A stretch of 64,000 bases of DNA from a phage: assembly GCA_030980935.1 (NCBI GenBank), contig GCA_030980935.1_3059.1. The stretch is one strand, 5' to 3'. Every line of letters starts with the position of its first letter. Position 1 is the stretch's first letter. A program made the position numbers and the translations under genes. Shown piece by piece: positions 20,160-31,374 of this stretch. The notes under the pieces are model-generated. The model searched no databases. It saw only the letters and a program-made list of their open reading frames with translations, and was not told where the DNA came from.

Positions 20160-21479
20160 TCACACATAAAACACATCATAACGACCACGGGTAACACCAA
20201 CATAAAGAAGTTGTTGAGCCAATTCAGCATCTGCATAATGAATACAAGGCGTATAAATGAAAGCACGGTCTACAGACATACCCTGAGCTTTATGGAATGT
20301 TGATGCAGGAAGTGCTTTCACTTTACTAAACTGTGATTTAGCATCCCAAAAATCACTCCACGGAGCTTTTCCGCCTTTGTTCCAATTTTTATAAGTTTCT
20401 GCAGTTTTACCTAAAAATAGGTTAAACTTATATAGCTCTTCATCAGATGAAATTATTTTAATCTTTTCACGATAATATTCATCATCGCCGTAAGTTTCTA
20501 CTGTTAAATCCCAATGACGAATTAAGTATTCTCCAGGAACACCACGGGCTTTAACAAACGTTGATGTATACTCTGCTTCTATAATACGAACTAATTGTCC
20601 GTTATTAAAAATAATTTCTGACACAGGCTTTCCATCAATTTTATATGTTTTAATTAATGGTTCCTGCATTACAATAATTTCACCAACAATAAAATCTTTA
20701 TCAGTTTCAAAAATCTTTTTACGAATAATGCTATTTAACTTGTCAACAGATTTATTCGTAAATGCCATTACGCGATTTTCAAACAAATCATCTAATGATT
20801 TTACGATTGAAAAATAATTTACCATAAAATCGCGTAAAGCGGTATCACCAGTAAATCCACGTACTCCATGCCCGTCAACAACTTTATCATAAATCCACTT
20901 ACCGTTGCGAACATCAGTAGCTACATCAATAATAGGAGCATTACTACGTTTAACTTCAGTGAGTTCACACTGATAAAAATCTTTGTGTGTAAAGAATGGA
21001 CTGATATAAGCAGTATTTTCTCCTGGATCAACAGGTCTAATTTGCTTATTATCACCTATTCCAATTATAGTACACCAAGGTGGAATAGTTGAAAGCAGAA
21101 TTTTAAATAGCTTTCTATCATACATTGACACTTCGTCGCAGATTAATACCCTGCATTTAGCTAAATCTGGTACTTCTTTTTGTTCAAAAAGAACGTTTTC
21201 TTCATACGTAACTGGGTTAATTTTAAGAATACTGTGAATAGTACTCGCTTCTTTCCCCGACAGTTTTGAAAGAATCTTTTTAGCTGCATGTGTAGGAGCT
21301 GCCAAAATGATACCAGTTTCGCCTGTTGATATTAAAGCTTCAATGATGAACTTAGTAAGAGTAGTCTTACCAGTACCAGCAGGTCCATTAATAGTTACAT
21401 GATGTTTCTTTTCTTTAATAGCCCTCATAACGATGTTAAAGGCATTTTTCTGGCCTTCTGTCAAATCATCAAATGTCAT
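20160..21479 (-). CDS. dda: Dda DNA helicase (SF1)
   Basis: 439 aa; Walker A GPAGTGKT; C-terminal VGVTRG motif. Confidence 0.9.
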   Translation of the reverse strand: MTFDDLTEGQKNAFNIVMRAIKEKKHHVTINGPAGTGKTTLTKFIIEALISTGETGIILAAPTHAAKKILSKLSGKEASTIHSILKINPVTYEENVLFEQKEVPDLAKCRVLICDEVSMYDRKLFKILLSTIPPWCTIIGIGDNKQIRPVDPGENTAYISPFFTHKDFYQCELTEVKRSNAPIIDVATDVRNGKWIYDKVVDGHGVRGFTGDTALRDFMVNYFSIVKSLDDLFENRVMAFTNKSVDKLNSIIRKKIFETDKDFIVGEIIVMQEPLIKTYKIDGKPVSEIIFNNGQLVRIIEAEYTSTFVKARGVPGEYLIRHWDLTVETYGDDEYYREKIKIISSDEELYKFNLFLGKTAETYKNWNKGGKAPWSDFWDAKSQFSKVKALPASTFHKAQGMSVDRAFIYTPCIHYADAELAQQLLYVGVTRGRYDVFYV

Positions 21480-21787
21480 CGGAAAGTCCCTGCAATTGGA
21501 ATACTAACAATACGCCCAGTATCTAGAATTCGTTGATATAATCTTTGTGTATCTACATCAGGCTTAACATGTTTAACTTCTATTTTATTAAACCAAAACT
21601 TGCGTGGAGTCTCAACTAGTCTTGGAATTCCCATACCTAAAGCTAGTTTATATTGGTCTTTGAGAGTAGTAAAAACTCTATCAGCAATCTCTCTTTCAAA
21701 AAACACAGCAGGACGATGTTCATCAAGCGGAACTGGCGCCGTAAATCCGTCTTTGTCTCGGTAAACTATCGCATATACATAAACCAT
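21476..21787 (-). CDS. Hypothetical protein (103 aa)
   Basis: Track ORF, 4-nt overlap with dda. Confidence 0.5.
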   Translation of the reverse strand: MVYVYAIVYRDKDGFTAPVPLDEHRPAVFFEREIADRVFTTLKDQYKLALGMGIPRLVETPRKFWFNKIEVKHVKPDVDTQRLYQRILDTGRIVSIPIAGTFR

Positions 21788-21788
21788 A

Positions 21789-22535
21789 TTATCCTCGGAT
21801 AAGTTTAAAAATTGAACAATTCAGCGGATATCCTCTTTTCAGTTTAAGTTTATCAATAAAAGACAAGTTTTGATACCGCTCTACACCTTGAATAATTTTA
21901 TCACACATATCATATTGCATTTCTGCTTCTGACAACTTTTTCACAGTTTTCCAATCCGAGCCTTTAAGAAGAACGTTCAATTTAACAACTTCAGCGCCTT
22001 CTGCTATACGAGAACCATCAATACGAGCTTTAAGTGCTATAATTCTTAGCTTAATGTCAGAGGTCTGTTTTGATTTAGAAAGCTGAGAAATGTGTTCAAT
22101 TCGATTTTCACGCTTTTTCTGTATAGCTTTAATTTGATTATAAGTCTTTTTGATTTTAGCCCATTTCTTTTCATCTAAATTTAGTTTATGAACTTTTTTC
22201 GCAGATGAACGACCAATTCGCAAAGCAAACAAATCACGTTTTTCAATTAACTCCTCTAAAGTATAATCAGAACGAAATGTATTATACTTTTTCTTTACTG
22301 CAATAACATTCCCTTTAATGTATCCAACGTTATTATCAAAACGTTCTAATGATAATTTCTCTCCTTCAATACGATTATCAAAAGGTTCTCCCGAGTAAGC
22401 GCAAACTTTTTGGTCTAAAATGTTCTTAATGTAATTGAAGTCTAAGTTAAAATCTTTAGAACGTCTTTTTGCAGATGCCTGAGTATGCTCTAAACGACGT
22501 TTAATTTTACGAATTTGATTATTAGACAGTTTCAT
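21789..22535 (-). CDS. srd: Srd-like protein (248 aa)
   Basis: Size and position match T4 srd; contains a His-less HNH-like stretch CAYSGEPF...LSLERFDNNVGYIKGNV. Confidence 0.5.
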   Translation of the reverse strand: MKLSNNQIRKIKRRLEHTQASAKRRSKDFNLDFNYIKNILDQKVCAYSGEPFDNRIEGEKLSLERFDNNVGYIKGNVIAVKKKYNTFRSDYTLEELIEKRDLFALRIGRSSAKKVHKLNLDEKKWAKIKKTYNQIKAIQKKRENRIEHISQLSKSKQTSDIKLRIIALKARIDGSRIAEGAEVVKLNVLLKGSDWKTVKKLSEAEMQYDMCDKIIQGVERYQNLSFIDKLKLKRGYPLNCSIFKLIRG

Positions 22536-22658
22536 ATTTTTCTCACATCTTACGGACGGTTAACTACTTATACTATAACATTTTTACCTTAACTTGTAAA
22601 CAACTTTATGTAAAAATGCTTTAAAAATTTCATGGTATAATGAATCTAAGTCCTTCCA

Positions 22659-23261
22659 TTATAGATTAAATCCTTCAAAATCAAGAGTATAGATAGTGTA
22701 TGTTGAATACTTTTTATACTCATATCTATCTGCAATTCTAAATACACTTCCAGCTGGTATCATTACTTCTTGTTCATCTGAAACTAATTCCATATTACGA
22801 TAACGATGGCTATCCGGAAACTTAAAGTTTGGATTGTATTCTTTACAGCGTAGAGCTTTTATAGCATACTCCTGGAAATTGAATACCATAGGAGCTTTGA
22901 ATTCAAAAATAACCTGTGTGTTATACTCTAAACCGGAAGCAAAATGTAGAGCTATATTTTTATCATATGAAGCTGATACGACTTTATCAAATGTAATAAT
23001 ATCAATTCCTTGATTTAACACCTGCTTAGTCTCGACTGGAACACCTCTCCAAAGAGGTTTATCGTTTGGAACCAAACGAGATTTGATTATTTCATTTAAC
23101 CAAGTATGGTCATCTGGCTTATTGGTAATACAATGAATTAAAAGTTCAATTTCAGATAAATTAAACCCTTCAGAAAGCAATTCTTCACGAATAGAAGCAC
23201 GCACCGATGCATCCATTGATTTTATTTTAAAATCTTTTAGTTGCATTATTGAGTATTTCAT
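22659..23261 (-). CDS. modA: ADP-ribosyltransferase ModA
   Basis: 200 aa; R (LWRG), S-x-S (SASYD) and EQE motifs of ART toxins. Confidence 0.7.
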   Translation of the reverse strand: MKYSIMQLKDFKIKSMDASVRASIREELLSEGFNLSEIELLIHCITNKPDDHTWLNEIIKSRLVPNDKPLWRGVPVETKQVLNQGIDIITFDKVVSASYDKNIALHFASGLEYNTQVIFEFKAPMVFNFQEYAIKALRCKEYNPNFKFPDSHRYRNMELVSDEQEVMIPAGSVFRIADRYEYKKYSTYTIYTLDFEGFNL

Positions 23262-23881
23262 TCAACTACCTCAATATCATAAACTTTAAATGTTCCAAAT
23301 GAATCGTGTAATTTTTCTTTTGAAATAGAAGTTATTTTATACTTTCCAATTGGAATCATCCATTCTTGTTCATGCACAATCATCATTAAGTTATCAGTAC
23401 GCTCTGAATCTAATCCATCAGTATCTTCATATGTATACTTAAACTCAGTATTAGGAGAAGAAAGTATAATATCGCTGATATGGTCAGAATAATTAAAAGC
23501 TTTATCAGTTTTTAAACGAAGTATTGTTTCAGTGAAATATTCAGCATAAGAAAAAGAACACGCTGTGTGTAAACTAGTAGTAAATGAATCTACCCTGTTC
23601 GTTGAAAACACTTCTCCAACCTGTAAATCTTTAATAAGTTCTTTTGTCGATTTTGATATACCACGATATAATTGATAAGGCGATTTAGTTAAATGCTTTT
23701 TAATGATTTTATTCAACTGTCTGTGAAGAGCTTCATTCTTTTTGGCTTCCATACATTGCCAAAGAACAGACTGCTCGAAGTCAGTAAATTTTTCACAGAC
23801 TTTTTTATACATATCATATTGAAAATCAACGCTTTCAGCTTTTATAGATAACTGTTCAACATCTGCAGGATTAATAATCAT
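23258..23881 (-). CDS. modB: ADP-ribosyltransferase ModB
   Basis: 207 aa; R (LYRG) and EQE (HEQEW) ART motifs; 4-nt overlap with modA. Confidence 0.7.
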   Translation of the reverse strand: MIINPADVEQLSIKAESVDFQYDMYKKVCEKFTDFEQSVLWQCMEAKKNEALHRQLNKIIKKHLTKSPYQLYRGISKSTKELIKDLQVGEVFSTNRVDSFTTSLHTACSFSYAEYFTETILRLKTDKAFNYSDHISDIILSSPNTEFKYTYEDTDGLDSERTDNLMMIVHEQEWMIPIGKYKITSISKEKLHDSFGTFKVYDIEVVE

Positions 23882-23948
23882 GATAGCCTCCGTATACTTC
23901 AGAAGCTATCATATCATCGTTAGAAAGGAAAGTAAACAACTTTTTGAA

Positions 23949-24131
23949 TTATTTTGCCCAGGGAGCCCAAGGCGGAGGGTCAAGATGGTATGAAGCTAGT
24001 TCTTCTAGAAGAGCATCTGGGGCTTCAATTCCATAATTCTGTAATACTATACGGTACTCTTTCTTATAATCACTAGAATCATTCTGGATATTCGTAGAAT
24101 GATTATCTTCTAACATCTCAAATAAATCCAT
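23949..24131 (-). CDS. Hypothetical protein (60 aa)
   Basis: Track ORF. Confidence 0.4.
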   Translation of the reverse strand: MDLFEMLEDNHSTNIQNDSSDYKKEYRIVLQNYGIEAPDALLEELASYHLDPPPWAPWAK

Positions 24132-24139
24132 ATTAATTC

Positions 24140-24610
24140 CTAGCGATAAAAACCAAATTGACGATTAGCTTCAATAATCTTTCTTTCTTCTTCGGACATT
24201 CTCCAGCGTAGTCCAACATCAAAATGAGCCCAGACCATCCTAACAAATGCATTTATATCTTTAATATCTTCAATAATGAATGTTTTACTTTTAGAAGGTT
24301 GACTCGCTAATTTAACTTTATCGTCTTCAAACATGTCAAAAAGACCATATTCATGAGCTCTTTTATAGCCTTTAATAGTTAAAGCTTCAGAAGAAGAAAA
24401 TGGTGAATCTGTATTCTGCAAAATATCTTCAGTATGCTTTATAATTAGAATAACATTTTCTGGATATTTTCTTTCTTTTATATCTTTAATTAAAATATCC
24501 GGATTTTCTGCTAAAGGAATAATTAACGAGCATTTTTTATCAAGTGTATTTACTGATTTACCTTCTTTAGACATAAATTCTATTGAATATAATTTTGCTA
24601 CTTCAATCAT
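24140..24610 (-). CDS. Hypothetical protein (156 aa)
   Basis: Track ORF. Confidence 0.5.
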   Translation of the reverse strand: MIEVAKLYSIEFMSKEGKSVNTLDKKCSLIIPLAENPDILIKDIKERKYPENVILIIKHTEDILQNTDSPFSSSEALTIKGYKRAHEYGLFDMFEDDKVKLASQPSKSKTFIIEDIKDINAFVRMVWAHFDVGLRWRMSEEERKIIEANRQFGFYR

Positions 24611-24763
24611 GTGATTTCCTTTTGCCTACTAATGGACCGTCAGGAATTTTGTTTTCCTGAATGTATTTCTCATTTTCTTCCATCATTTTACTACCGATTT
24701 TAAGAAGCAAATCCATTGCTTCATTTGCTTTAGCCTTTGCCTCTTCTAACGTCATATCTTTGG

Positions 24764-24967
24764 TCATGATTTATCACCATAGATGTCTCTCATCAATTTA
24801 AGCGCTGAGCGTTCTAATTTCTTTTCTTTCTCAGCACTAATCATTGATTTCATCCATTCTTCTGACTCGTTCTGTATTTCTTTATTTGCCTGTTCAACCC
24901 AACCATCATCAATATACATTGAGTTTGGTCTATTGAACCATTCAAGCATTTTCTTCAGAACTTTCAT
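24764..24967 (-). CDS. Hypothetical protein (67 aa)
   Basis: Track ORF. Confidence 0.4.
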   Translation of the reverse strand: MKVLKKMLEWFNRPNSMYIDDGWVEQANKEIQNESEEWMKSMISAEKEKKLERSALKLMRDIYGDKS

Positions 24968-25439
24968 TTGTTTTACCTAAAACAATAGTAGGAGCATCGT
25001 CAAATTCATGAATTTTTAGCAATTTTGGATTTAAATTATTCCATACATAATAAATAAAGTATGATAAAGCATCTTCACTCGCAATTATAAATTTATTTCC
25101 TTCATTTATTTTCCAGTCATATACTGAATCGTACGAATAAAAAGATAAAGGATTACCATTATATTGTTCTGCGCTAACATTAATGTATTCGGATTTAGTA
25201 AATGCTTCAATTGCTCTAAACGGACTATTTGGCACAGTTTCAATAATTCCGATCTTTTTAAGTTTTATTTCAACATCTTCTGGAACTGGCATTGAAACGA
25301 AATTTTCTACGAGATACATAGGGTTACAATAACCCTTATCAATCACTACGGCTACAGTAATTGGAACATCTTTAGCAAACGACATGCTATTACTGCTAAT
25401 ATACATTTCAAACAAAATTGCTTCCATAATTTTCCTCAA
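24942..25439 (-). CDS. Hypothetical protein (165 aa)
   Basis: Track ORF. Confidence 0.5.
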   Translation of the reverse strand: MRKIMEAILFEMYISSNSMSFAKDVPITVAVVIDKGYCNPMYLVENFVSMPVPEDVEIKLKKIGIIETVPNSPFRAIEAFTKSEYINVSAEQYNGNPLSFYSYDSVYDWKINEGNKFIIASEDALSYFIYYVWNNLNPKLLKIHEFDDAPTIVLGKTNESSEENA

Positions 25440-25777
25440 TCACAAGATGTAGATGAACAGCTAGAATCACAAGAACTTCCGCATGAATCACCTGCCCATA
25501 CATGAACAGGGACATTTGTATCATATGAATCAGAACTAGACTGTGTATTCTGTGTGTTAGATGATGTAGTAGGTACTGACCAGCGCCAAGGATTTTTATA
25601 ATATTCTTGGGCTTCTTCATAAGTCATAGTGACTGCTTCTACTGTTCCATCTCCCATATAAACATACTCAACTACAGTTAAAGGAAGGTAGTCATTTGAA
25701 ATAGGAACTACACCTTCTCCAGGAGTCGTAGAGAAAAAATCTGTAAAGAAACTTTTAAACCAATTAAAGATAAACAT
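25436..25777 (-). CDS. Hypothetical protein with Ser/Cys-rich C-terminal tail (113 aa)
   Basis: C-terminus [18 protein letters not shown]. Confidence 0.5.
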   Translation of the reverse strand: MFIFNWFKSFFTDFFSTTPGEGVVPISNDYLPLTVVEYVYMGDGTVEAVTMTYEEAQEYYKNPWRWSVPTTSSNTQNTQSSSDSYDTNVPVHVWAGDSCGSSCDSSCSSTSCD

Positions 25778-25983
25778 TACAAAAAGCCTCTCTTAAATTC
25801 GACTTGCTTCTCGCCATAATCATATCGAATCTCTGCATTAAATTCGACAGAACCATCTGCGTACATCATAAATGAATGCACAACAACTTCTGTAGACCAT
25901 GGTTGTAGTTCATATTTCTTCATTACATGCCGTGAAATGATAATATCTAAATCTTCATTTGGTTTAATCCAACGATTTAACAT
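25777..25983 (-). CDS. Hypothetical protein (68 aa)
   Basis: Track ORF downstream of early promoter. Confidence 0.45.
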   Translation of the reverse strand: MLNRWIKPNEDLDIIISRHVMKKYELQPWSTEVVVHSFMMYADGSVEFNAEIRYDYGEKQVEFKRGFL

Positions 25984-26007
25984 AGTGCTCTCCTCTATAA
26001 GATAATT

Positions 26008-26042
26008 CTATTATACCATACTCATTTTGGAAAGTAAACCAT
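26008..26042 (-). promoter_or_regulatory. T4 early promoter
   Basis: GTTTAC (26034-26039), TGGTATAAT -10. Confidence 0.5.
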
Positions 26043-26054
26043 TTAAATGAAAAA

Positions 26055-26074
26055 AGGACTCCCGAAGGAGTCCT
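26055..26074 (-). terminator. Hairpin terminator after soc
   Basis: AGGACTCC cgaa GGAGTCCT, 8-bp stem. Confidence 0.6.
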
Positions 26075-26079
26075 TGAAT

Positions 26080-26325
26080 TTATTCACCAGTTACTTTCCA
26101 CAAATCTTCATTTGCAGAAATCCATTCAGTACGTTGATTTTCTTCATATACTGTAGAATATGCTGCTTTTTCTGAAGGGAATGTCTGATAATGAGCACCA
26201 GAAATTTTGTGAACGTCAGAATAAAGAGGGAAAGCTACAGAAATTTCCTTTCCTTCAATTTTCTTATTTCCATCTAATTTCTGCTCAAATGTTTTGATAT
26301 TAACATAACCGCGAGTACTAGCCAT
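26080..26325 (-). CDS. soc: Small outer capsid protein Soc
   Basis: 81 aa, MASTRGYVNIKTFEQ...; TATAAATA late promoter upstream; hairpin after stop. Confidence 0.85.
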   Translation of the reverse strand: MASTRGYVNIKTFEQKLDGNKKIEGKEISVAFPLYSDVHKISGAHYQTFPSEKAAYSTVYEENQRTEWISANEDLWKVTGE

Positions 26326-26355
26326 GTAATTCTCCTTTTATTTAAATTACATGAT

Positions 26356-26363
26356 TATTTATA
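26356..26363 (-). promoter_or_regulatory. T4-type late promoter TATAAATA for soc
   Basis: Reverse complement of tatttata about 30 nt upstream of soc ATG. Confidence 0.6.
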
Positions 26364-26408
26364 ATAAATTCTCGCGGCTTTTAAGTCGTCGTTTATTTAA
26401 ACGAGCTA

Positions 26409-26927
26409 TTAATAGCCTCGATCTTGACGAGCGAAGTTTTCGGCATTTTTCAGATAATAAAGTTTAAAGATTTCTTCAGCTGACATTCCAAGAGCAATGA
26501 ATTTATTCATGAAAAAGTGAAATTGGTCAATTAGTTCAAATTTAATTTCAAGTTGATCTTCAGGAGATAAATCTTGAATTTTCTTGGATTGCATTTCAGA
26601 ATAACGTTTCTTCCAAGGTTTCCATACAGCAGAAGCTTCTTTTTCACCATTACTCATACCACCAAGAGAAGTATATAGCTCGCGAGTTTCATCTGCGATA
26701 TAATCGTCTTGGTTTCGCAACCAAGCAAGAACTTCTCCTGCAGTTTCAAGTGAATCAGGATGACGATTTGTTTCTGGTTTATCATTAGCCAAACGAATCT
26801 GTAAATGCCGCTGCATGTCAAGCATAACCTGCAATGGGTCAATACTGTGCATAATATACTCAGCATATGCACGATTTGCTTTATCAACACCTTCGATCAA
26901 ATGAGCACATTCATTAAAGTGAGCCAT
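26409..26927 (-). CDS. 56: dCTPase/dUTPase gp56 (MazG-like)
   Basis: Track ORF 26409..26942; probable start at MAHFNECAHLIEG... Confidence 0.8.
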   Translation of the reverse strand: MAHFNECAHLIEGVDKANRAYAEYIMHSIDPLQVMLDMQRHLQIRLANDKPETNRHPDSLETAGEVLAWLRNQDDYIADETRELYTSLGGMSNGEKEASAVWKPWKKRYSEMQSKKIQDLSPEDQLEIKFELIDQFHFFMNKFIALGMSAEEIFKLYYLKNAENFARQDRGY

Positions 26928-26987
26928 TATTTTTCCTTTCAATTCATTAATAAGTTAAATAATTATATCATTTGAGTATGTAAGCAA

Positions 26988-28327
<1,340 letters not shown>

Positions 28328-28349
28328 TATATCATCCTCAGCAATTTAT

Positions 28350-28385
28350 TTTATAATACCATAACAAGCTGAGAAAGTAAACAAA
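28350..28385 (-). promoter_or_regulatory. T4 early promoter upstream of the dam-coupled ORF
   Basis: GTTTAC (28377-28382) and TGGTATTATAA -10 region; GAGGATGA RBS follows. Confidence 0.5.
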
Positions 28386-28417
28386 TTTATGATAAATATT
28401 AATTTAAAGGAGGACAT

Positions 28418-28618
28418 ATGGTACAAAAATTAATGGCACTTGTTAATGCCATAAAAGGTAATAAAAAACGTATAGCTTTTACTATTTCTGCTATGGTAGG
28501 AATTTTACTCTGGAACTTTATTCTATCACCTATTGCAATTGCACATGGTATTAATATTCCAGTGGTTACTCTTGATACATTTGTAGATTTAGCATTTGCT
28601 TTAGTTGGGTTGATTTAA
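28418..28618 (+). CDS. Small membrane protein (66 aa), plus strand
   Basis: AAAGGAGGA RBS 4-12 nt upstream of ATG; two hydrophobic segments; convergent with gene 61 stop. Confidence 0.4.
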   Translation: MVQKLMALVNAIKGNKKRIAFTISAMVGILLWNFILSPIAIAHGINIPVVTLDTFVDLAFALVGLI

Positions 28619-29643
28619 ATCTTGGCATATTTAGATAGCCGCATTTTAGCCATCAACCCCTGTGCAATATTATTTTTCATATATTCCATAATTTGTTCAG
28701 GGGTTGCACCTTCCTTTCTAATCATATCATTAACATCTTTTGATTTCCAGGGAGATTTATCCCAAAACATAACCCTTTCTCCTGCATCAACTAATTTAGT
28801 CATTCGCTTAATAGTGTCAGGATGACGAGGTTCATTATCTAAAACCCACACACGTCTATCTTTAAATGGAACAACTTCTAGGTCTAATTGACCACCCGTA
28901 ATAGCTATACCATTTTCAATAAAAAGTGAATCTATAGGTCCTTCTAGAACATATACATCACCATCTTTAACTCGTTCGACTCCATAGATTTTTGTTGCTT
29001 CAGGATAAGCTTTGATGGTGATATATTTTTGGGGAGCATCTTTCTTTAATGCACGTCCTTGAAAAGACTCAGCTTTTCCATTAGCATTATAAATTGGAAT
29101 AACAAGACGAGGCTCAGGTATTTCCTTTTTATATGTTCCTGGTGCTATGCTATTAACTAATTTAGGCCATTCGGTTGTAAACCAAAGATATTTCCATTTA
29201 TCCTTTGGAATACAGCGAGCTTTTACATATTTTATAATTGGATGGTCTTCCGCCAATTTATCTAATCTAATGCATGACGGAAGAGATTTAATTATTTTCT
29301 TCTCAGGTTGTTTAGGAAGTTCTTTAGGTTTTTCTACTGGACGACTTTTACCTTTTTCTTTTCTTATTTCAAAGATATACTCACGATATAAATCGGGTTC
29401 AAACTCCTTTAAATATATTCCGATTGGTGCATGATAGTTACAGTTATAACAATGAATATTTCCTTCATTATTATCACCATAATACCATCCACGAGCTTTA
29501 TTCTGGTCGGTTTTTGAATCTCCACAAACTGGACATCTAAACCGCAATTTAAAAGTTGAACTATTATTTACTTGTGTGAATTTAGGTAGATGAGCTAATG
29601 CACGGTATGCAAACTCATTATCAATCCAAGGTATTGATGACAT
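28615..29643 (-). CDS. 61: DNA primase gp61
   Basis: 342 aa; zinc-binding CPVCGDSKTD...CYNC; Toprim region. Confidence 0.9.
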   Translation of the reverse strand: MSSIPWIDNEFAYRALAHLPKFTQVNNSSTFKLRFRCPVCGDSKTDQNKARGWYYGDNNEGNIHCYNCNYHAPIGIYLKEFEPDLYREYIFEIRKEKGKSRPVEKPKELPKQPEKKIIKSLPSCIRLDKLAEDHPIIKYVKARCIPKDKWKYLWFTTEWPKLVNSIAPGTYKKEIPEPRLVIPIYNANGKAESFQGRALKKDAPQKYITIKAYPEATKIYGVERVKDGDVYVLEGPIDSLFIENGIAITGGQLDLEVVPFKDRRVWVLDNEPRHPDTIKRMTKLVDAGERVMFWDKSPWKSKDVNDMIRKEGATPEQIMEYMKNNIAQGLMAKMRLSKYAKI

Positions 29644-29645
29644 TT

Positions 29646-29810
29646 TTACTCTTCTTTTTCTTTAGATTCCTCTTTCTTCTTTTTAGGAATCTGTTCAGGA
29701 CCTTTATTTACTACAGCACCTGACGTTGTTCCAGTAGAGATATTTTCAGGATTACCACCTGAATCTCCAGCGACCATATCTTCTTTAATAAATTCTTTAT
29801 ATGTTTTCAT
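29646..29810 (-). CDS. Small K/E-rich ORF (54 aa)
   Basis: Hand-translated MKTYKEFIKEDMVAGDSGGNPEN...KKKKEESKEKEE. Confidence 0.35.
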   Translation of the reverse strand: MKTYKEFIKEDMVAGDSGGNPENISTGTTSGAVVNKGPEQIPKKKKEESKEKEE

Positions 29811-29811
29811 A

Positions 29812-30168
29812 TTAACCTCTATTCATAAAAGCATTAAAAATTTGGTCATCAATAGATGGCGCAGTAATATTTTCTGCATCATTTAGCAAATCATTAATTT
29901 CATCAGATAGCATAACACATGTACCTTTATTTCCTGTAATTGTTACTGCACAATTACGAACGTTTTCTTTATCAAATTTTAGGTTAATATTTTCGTAGTG
30001 AAAATCCTTTAATGCCGAATATATCTTTAAAATGAAATTGTCTTTTACTACAATAAACCCAACCTCACTATTAAAACGCGGTTCATGGAAACTGTAATAA
30101 ACCTTTTCATCTATAAAATCGTATGAAATTTTTTCCATTTTTAAATATGAAAATTCAGAACTATACAT
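29812..30168 (-). CDS. Hypothetical protein (118 aa), 61.x family
   Basis: C-terminus SIDDQIFNAFMNRG shared with neighbour. Confidence 0.5.
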   Translation of the reverse strand: MYSSEFSYLKMEKISYDFIDEKVYYSFHEPRFNSEVGFIVVKDNFILKIYSALKDFHYENINLKFDKENVRNCAVTITGNKGTCVMLSDEINDLLNDAENITAPSIDDQIFNAFMNRG

Positions 30169-30169
30169 A

Positions 30170-30760
30170 TTAACCTTTATTCATAAAAGCATTAAAAATT
30201 TGATCGTCAATAGAAACTTTTACAATTTTGTGATCGATACCAAAATACACAGAAGCAATATTATTAATATTATTTTCAGTGAAATCTAAATCAACATCAA
30301 TATCTTTTTGACTAACGCTCAAAGGATAATTAATACGAATAATTCGATTATCTTTAACAAAGATTCCACCGACATACTCTGTGCTGCGTTTAAAGTTTAC
30401 ACGTTTCCTAAATGAAAAATATTCAGGTTCTTTATGGGCTCGACTCATAGGGCTTAAAGTATATTCCGAATATGAAATATCAAATCCTACACCTTCAATA
30501 TGAGCCAAAGTGTCATGATTAAACCAATTATAATCGTATGCCAAATCCATTAAATTGTAATATGTGAAAGGCACCGGATTAACATCATATGTTGTACCTT
30601 TAAAATCTGCCCAGGCAACGATTTCGTTATCTTTAACAATTACAAAAATTGTGCCAATAAGATATCCACGGTTATTTTCATCAGGCGTTATATTATAACA
30701 TTGTGCATCAGGAAATTTACCGTATTTAAACGGTGGATTTTTGTGCATATAATAAATCAT
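30170..30760 (-). CDS. Hypothetical protein (196 aa), 61.x family
   Basis: C-terminus SIDDQIFNAFMNKG; internal repeated VKDN motifs. Confidence 0.5.
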   Translation of the reverse strand: MIYYMHKNPPFKYGKFPDAQCYNITPDENNRGYLIGTIFVIVKDNEIVAWADFKGTTYDVNPVPFTYYNLMDLAYDYNWFNHDTLAHIEGVGFDISYSEYTLSPMSRAHKEPEYFSFRKRVNFKRSTEYVGGIFVKDNRIIRINYPLSVSQKDIDVDLDFTENNINNIASVYFGIDHKIVKVSIDDQIFNAFMNKG

Positions 30761-30761
30761 A

Positions 30762-31055
30762 TTATTCGCCTGTGATTTCGGTTACGATATTTTTGTTATT
30801 AAAGTTTTTATCGCAGTACAGAACATAATTATACTGCATTACACCACCAGACTTAAGTTGTTTTTGCACTTCAGCTTTCATTTCAGGACGATCGCGCTCA
30901 ACGATATTCATAATATCCGCTTCAATTTGAGTTTCAACTTCAGTCTGATCTGCAGTCATAGACCATTCACACAAATCTTTATCATATCCTGCCATAGCAG
31001 GCTGAGCAGCACAAGAAGCCAAAGTAAAAATTGTAGCAAAAATAAATTTTTTCAT
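30762..31055 (-). CDS. sp: Spackle periplasmic protein
   Basis: 97 aa with signal peptide MKKFIFATIFTLASCAAQPAMA; position between 61 and 41. Confidence 0.7.
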   Translation of the reverse strand: MKKFIFATIFTLASCAAQPAMAGYDKDLCEWSMTADQTEVETQIEADIMNIVERDRPEMKAEVQKQLKSGGVMQYNYVLYCDKNFNNKNIVTEITGE

Positions 31056-31115
31056 GATAATCTCCTCAGTAGTTTATGTTTATATAGTATCTCAATTTCC
31101 AACAAAAGTAAACAG

Positions 31116-31373
31116 CTATTTTAAAACTTCTGCGTAATCACATGTTACAAACTGTTTCTCTAGCTTAACGATTTTACGAAAATACCTTTTATACTGACGA
31201 ATCTGCCTCTTCGTAGGACGTACAGCAAACTTAATAAATTCCACTCGACCAAATGGAGGACTTTCTTCTGCTGGAATATCTAACACCAATTCCCACGTAT
31301 CTGCAATAAGTGCTTTGAATTGAGTATTTTTCCTGACGTTATACGGAGTAGGTTTAAATAAAACAATATGCAT
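31116..31373 (-). CDS. Hypothetical basic protein (61.4 position)
   Basis: Track ORF 31116..31427 trimmed to internal ATG (MHIVLFKPTPY...) to abut dmd. Confidence 0.4.
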   Translation of the reverse strand: MHIVLFKPTPYNVRKNTQFKALIADTWELVLDIPAEESPPFGRVEFIKFAVRPTKRQIRQYKRYFRKIVKLEKQFVTCDYAEVLK

Positions 31374-31374
31374 A

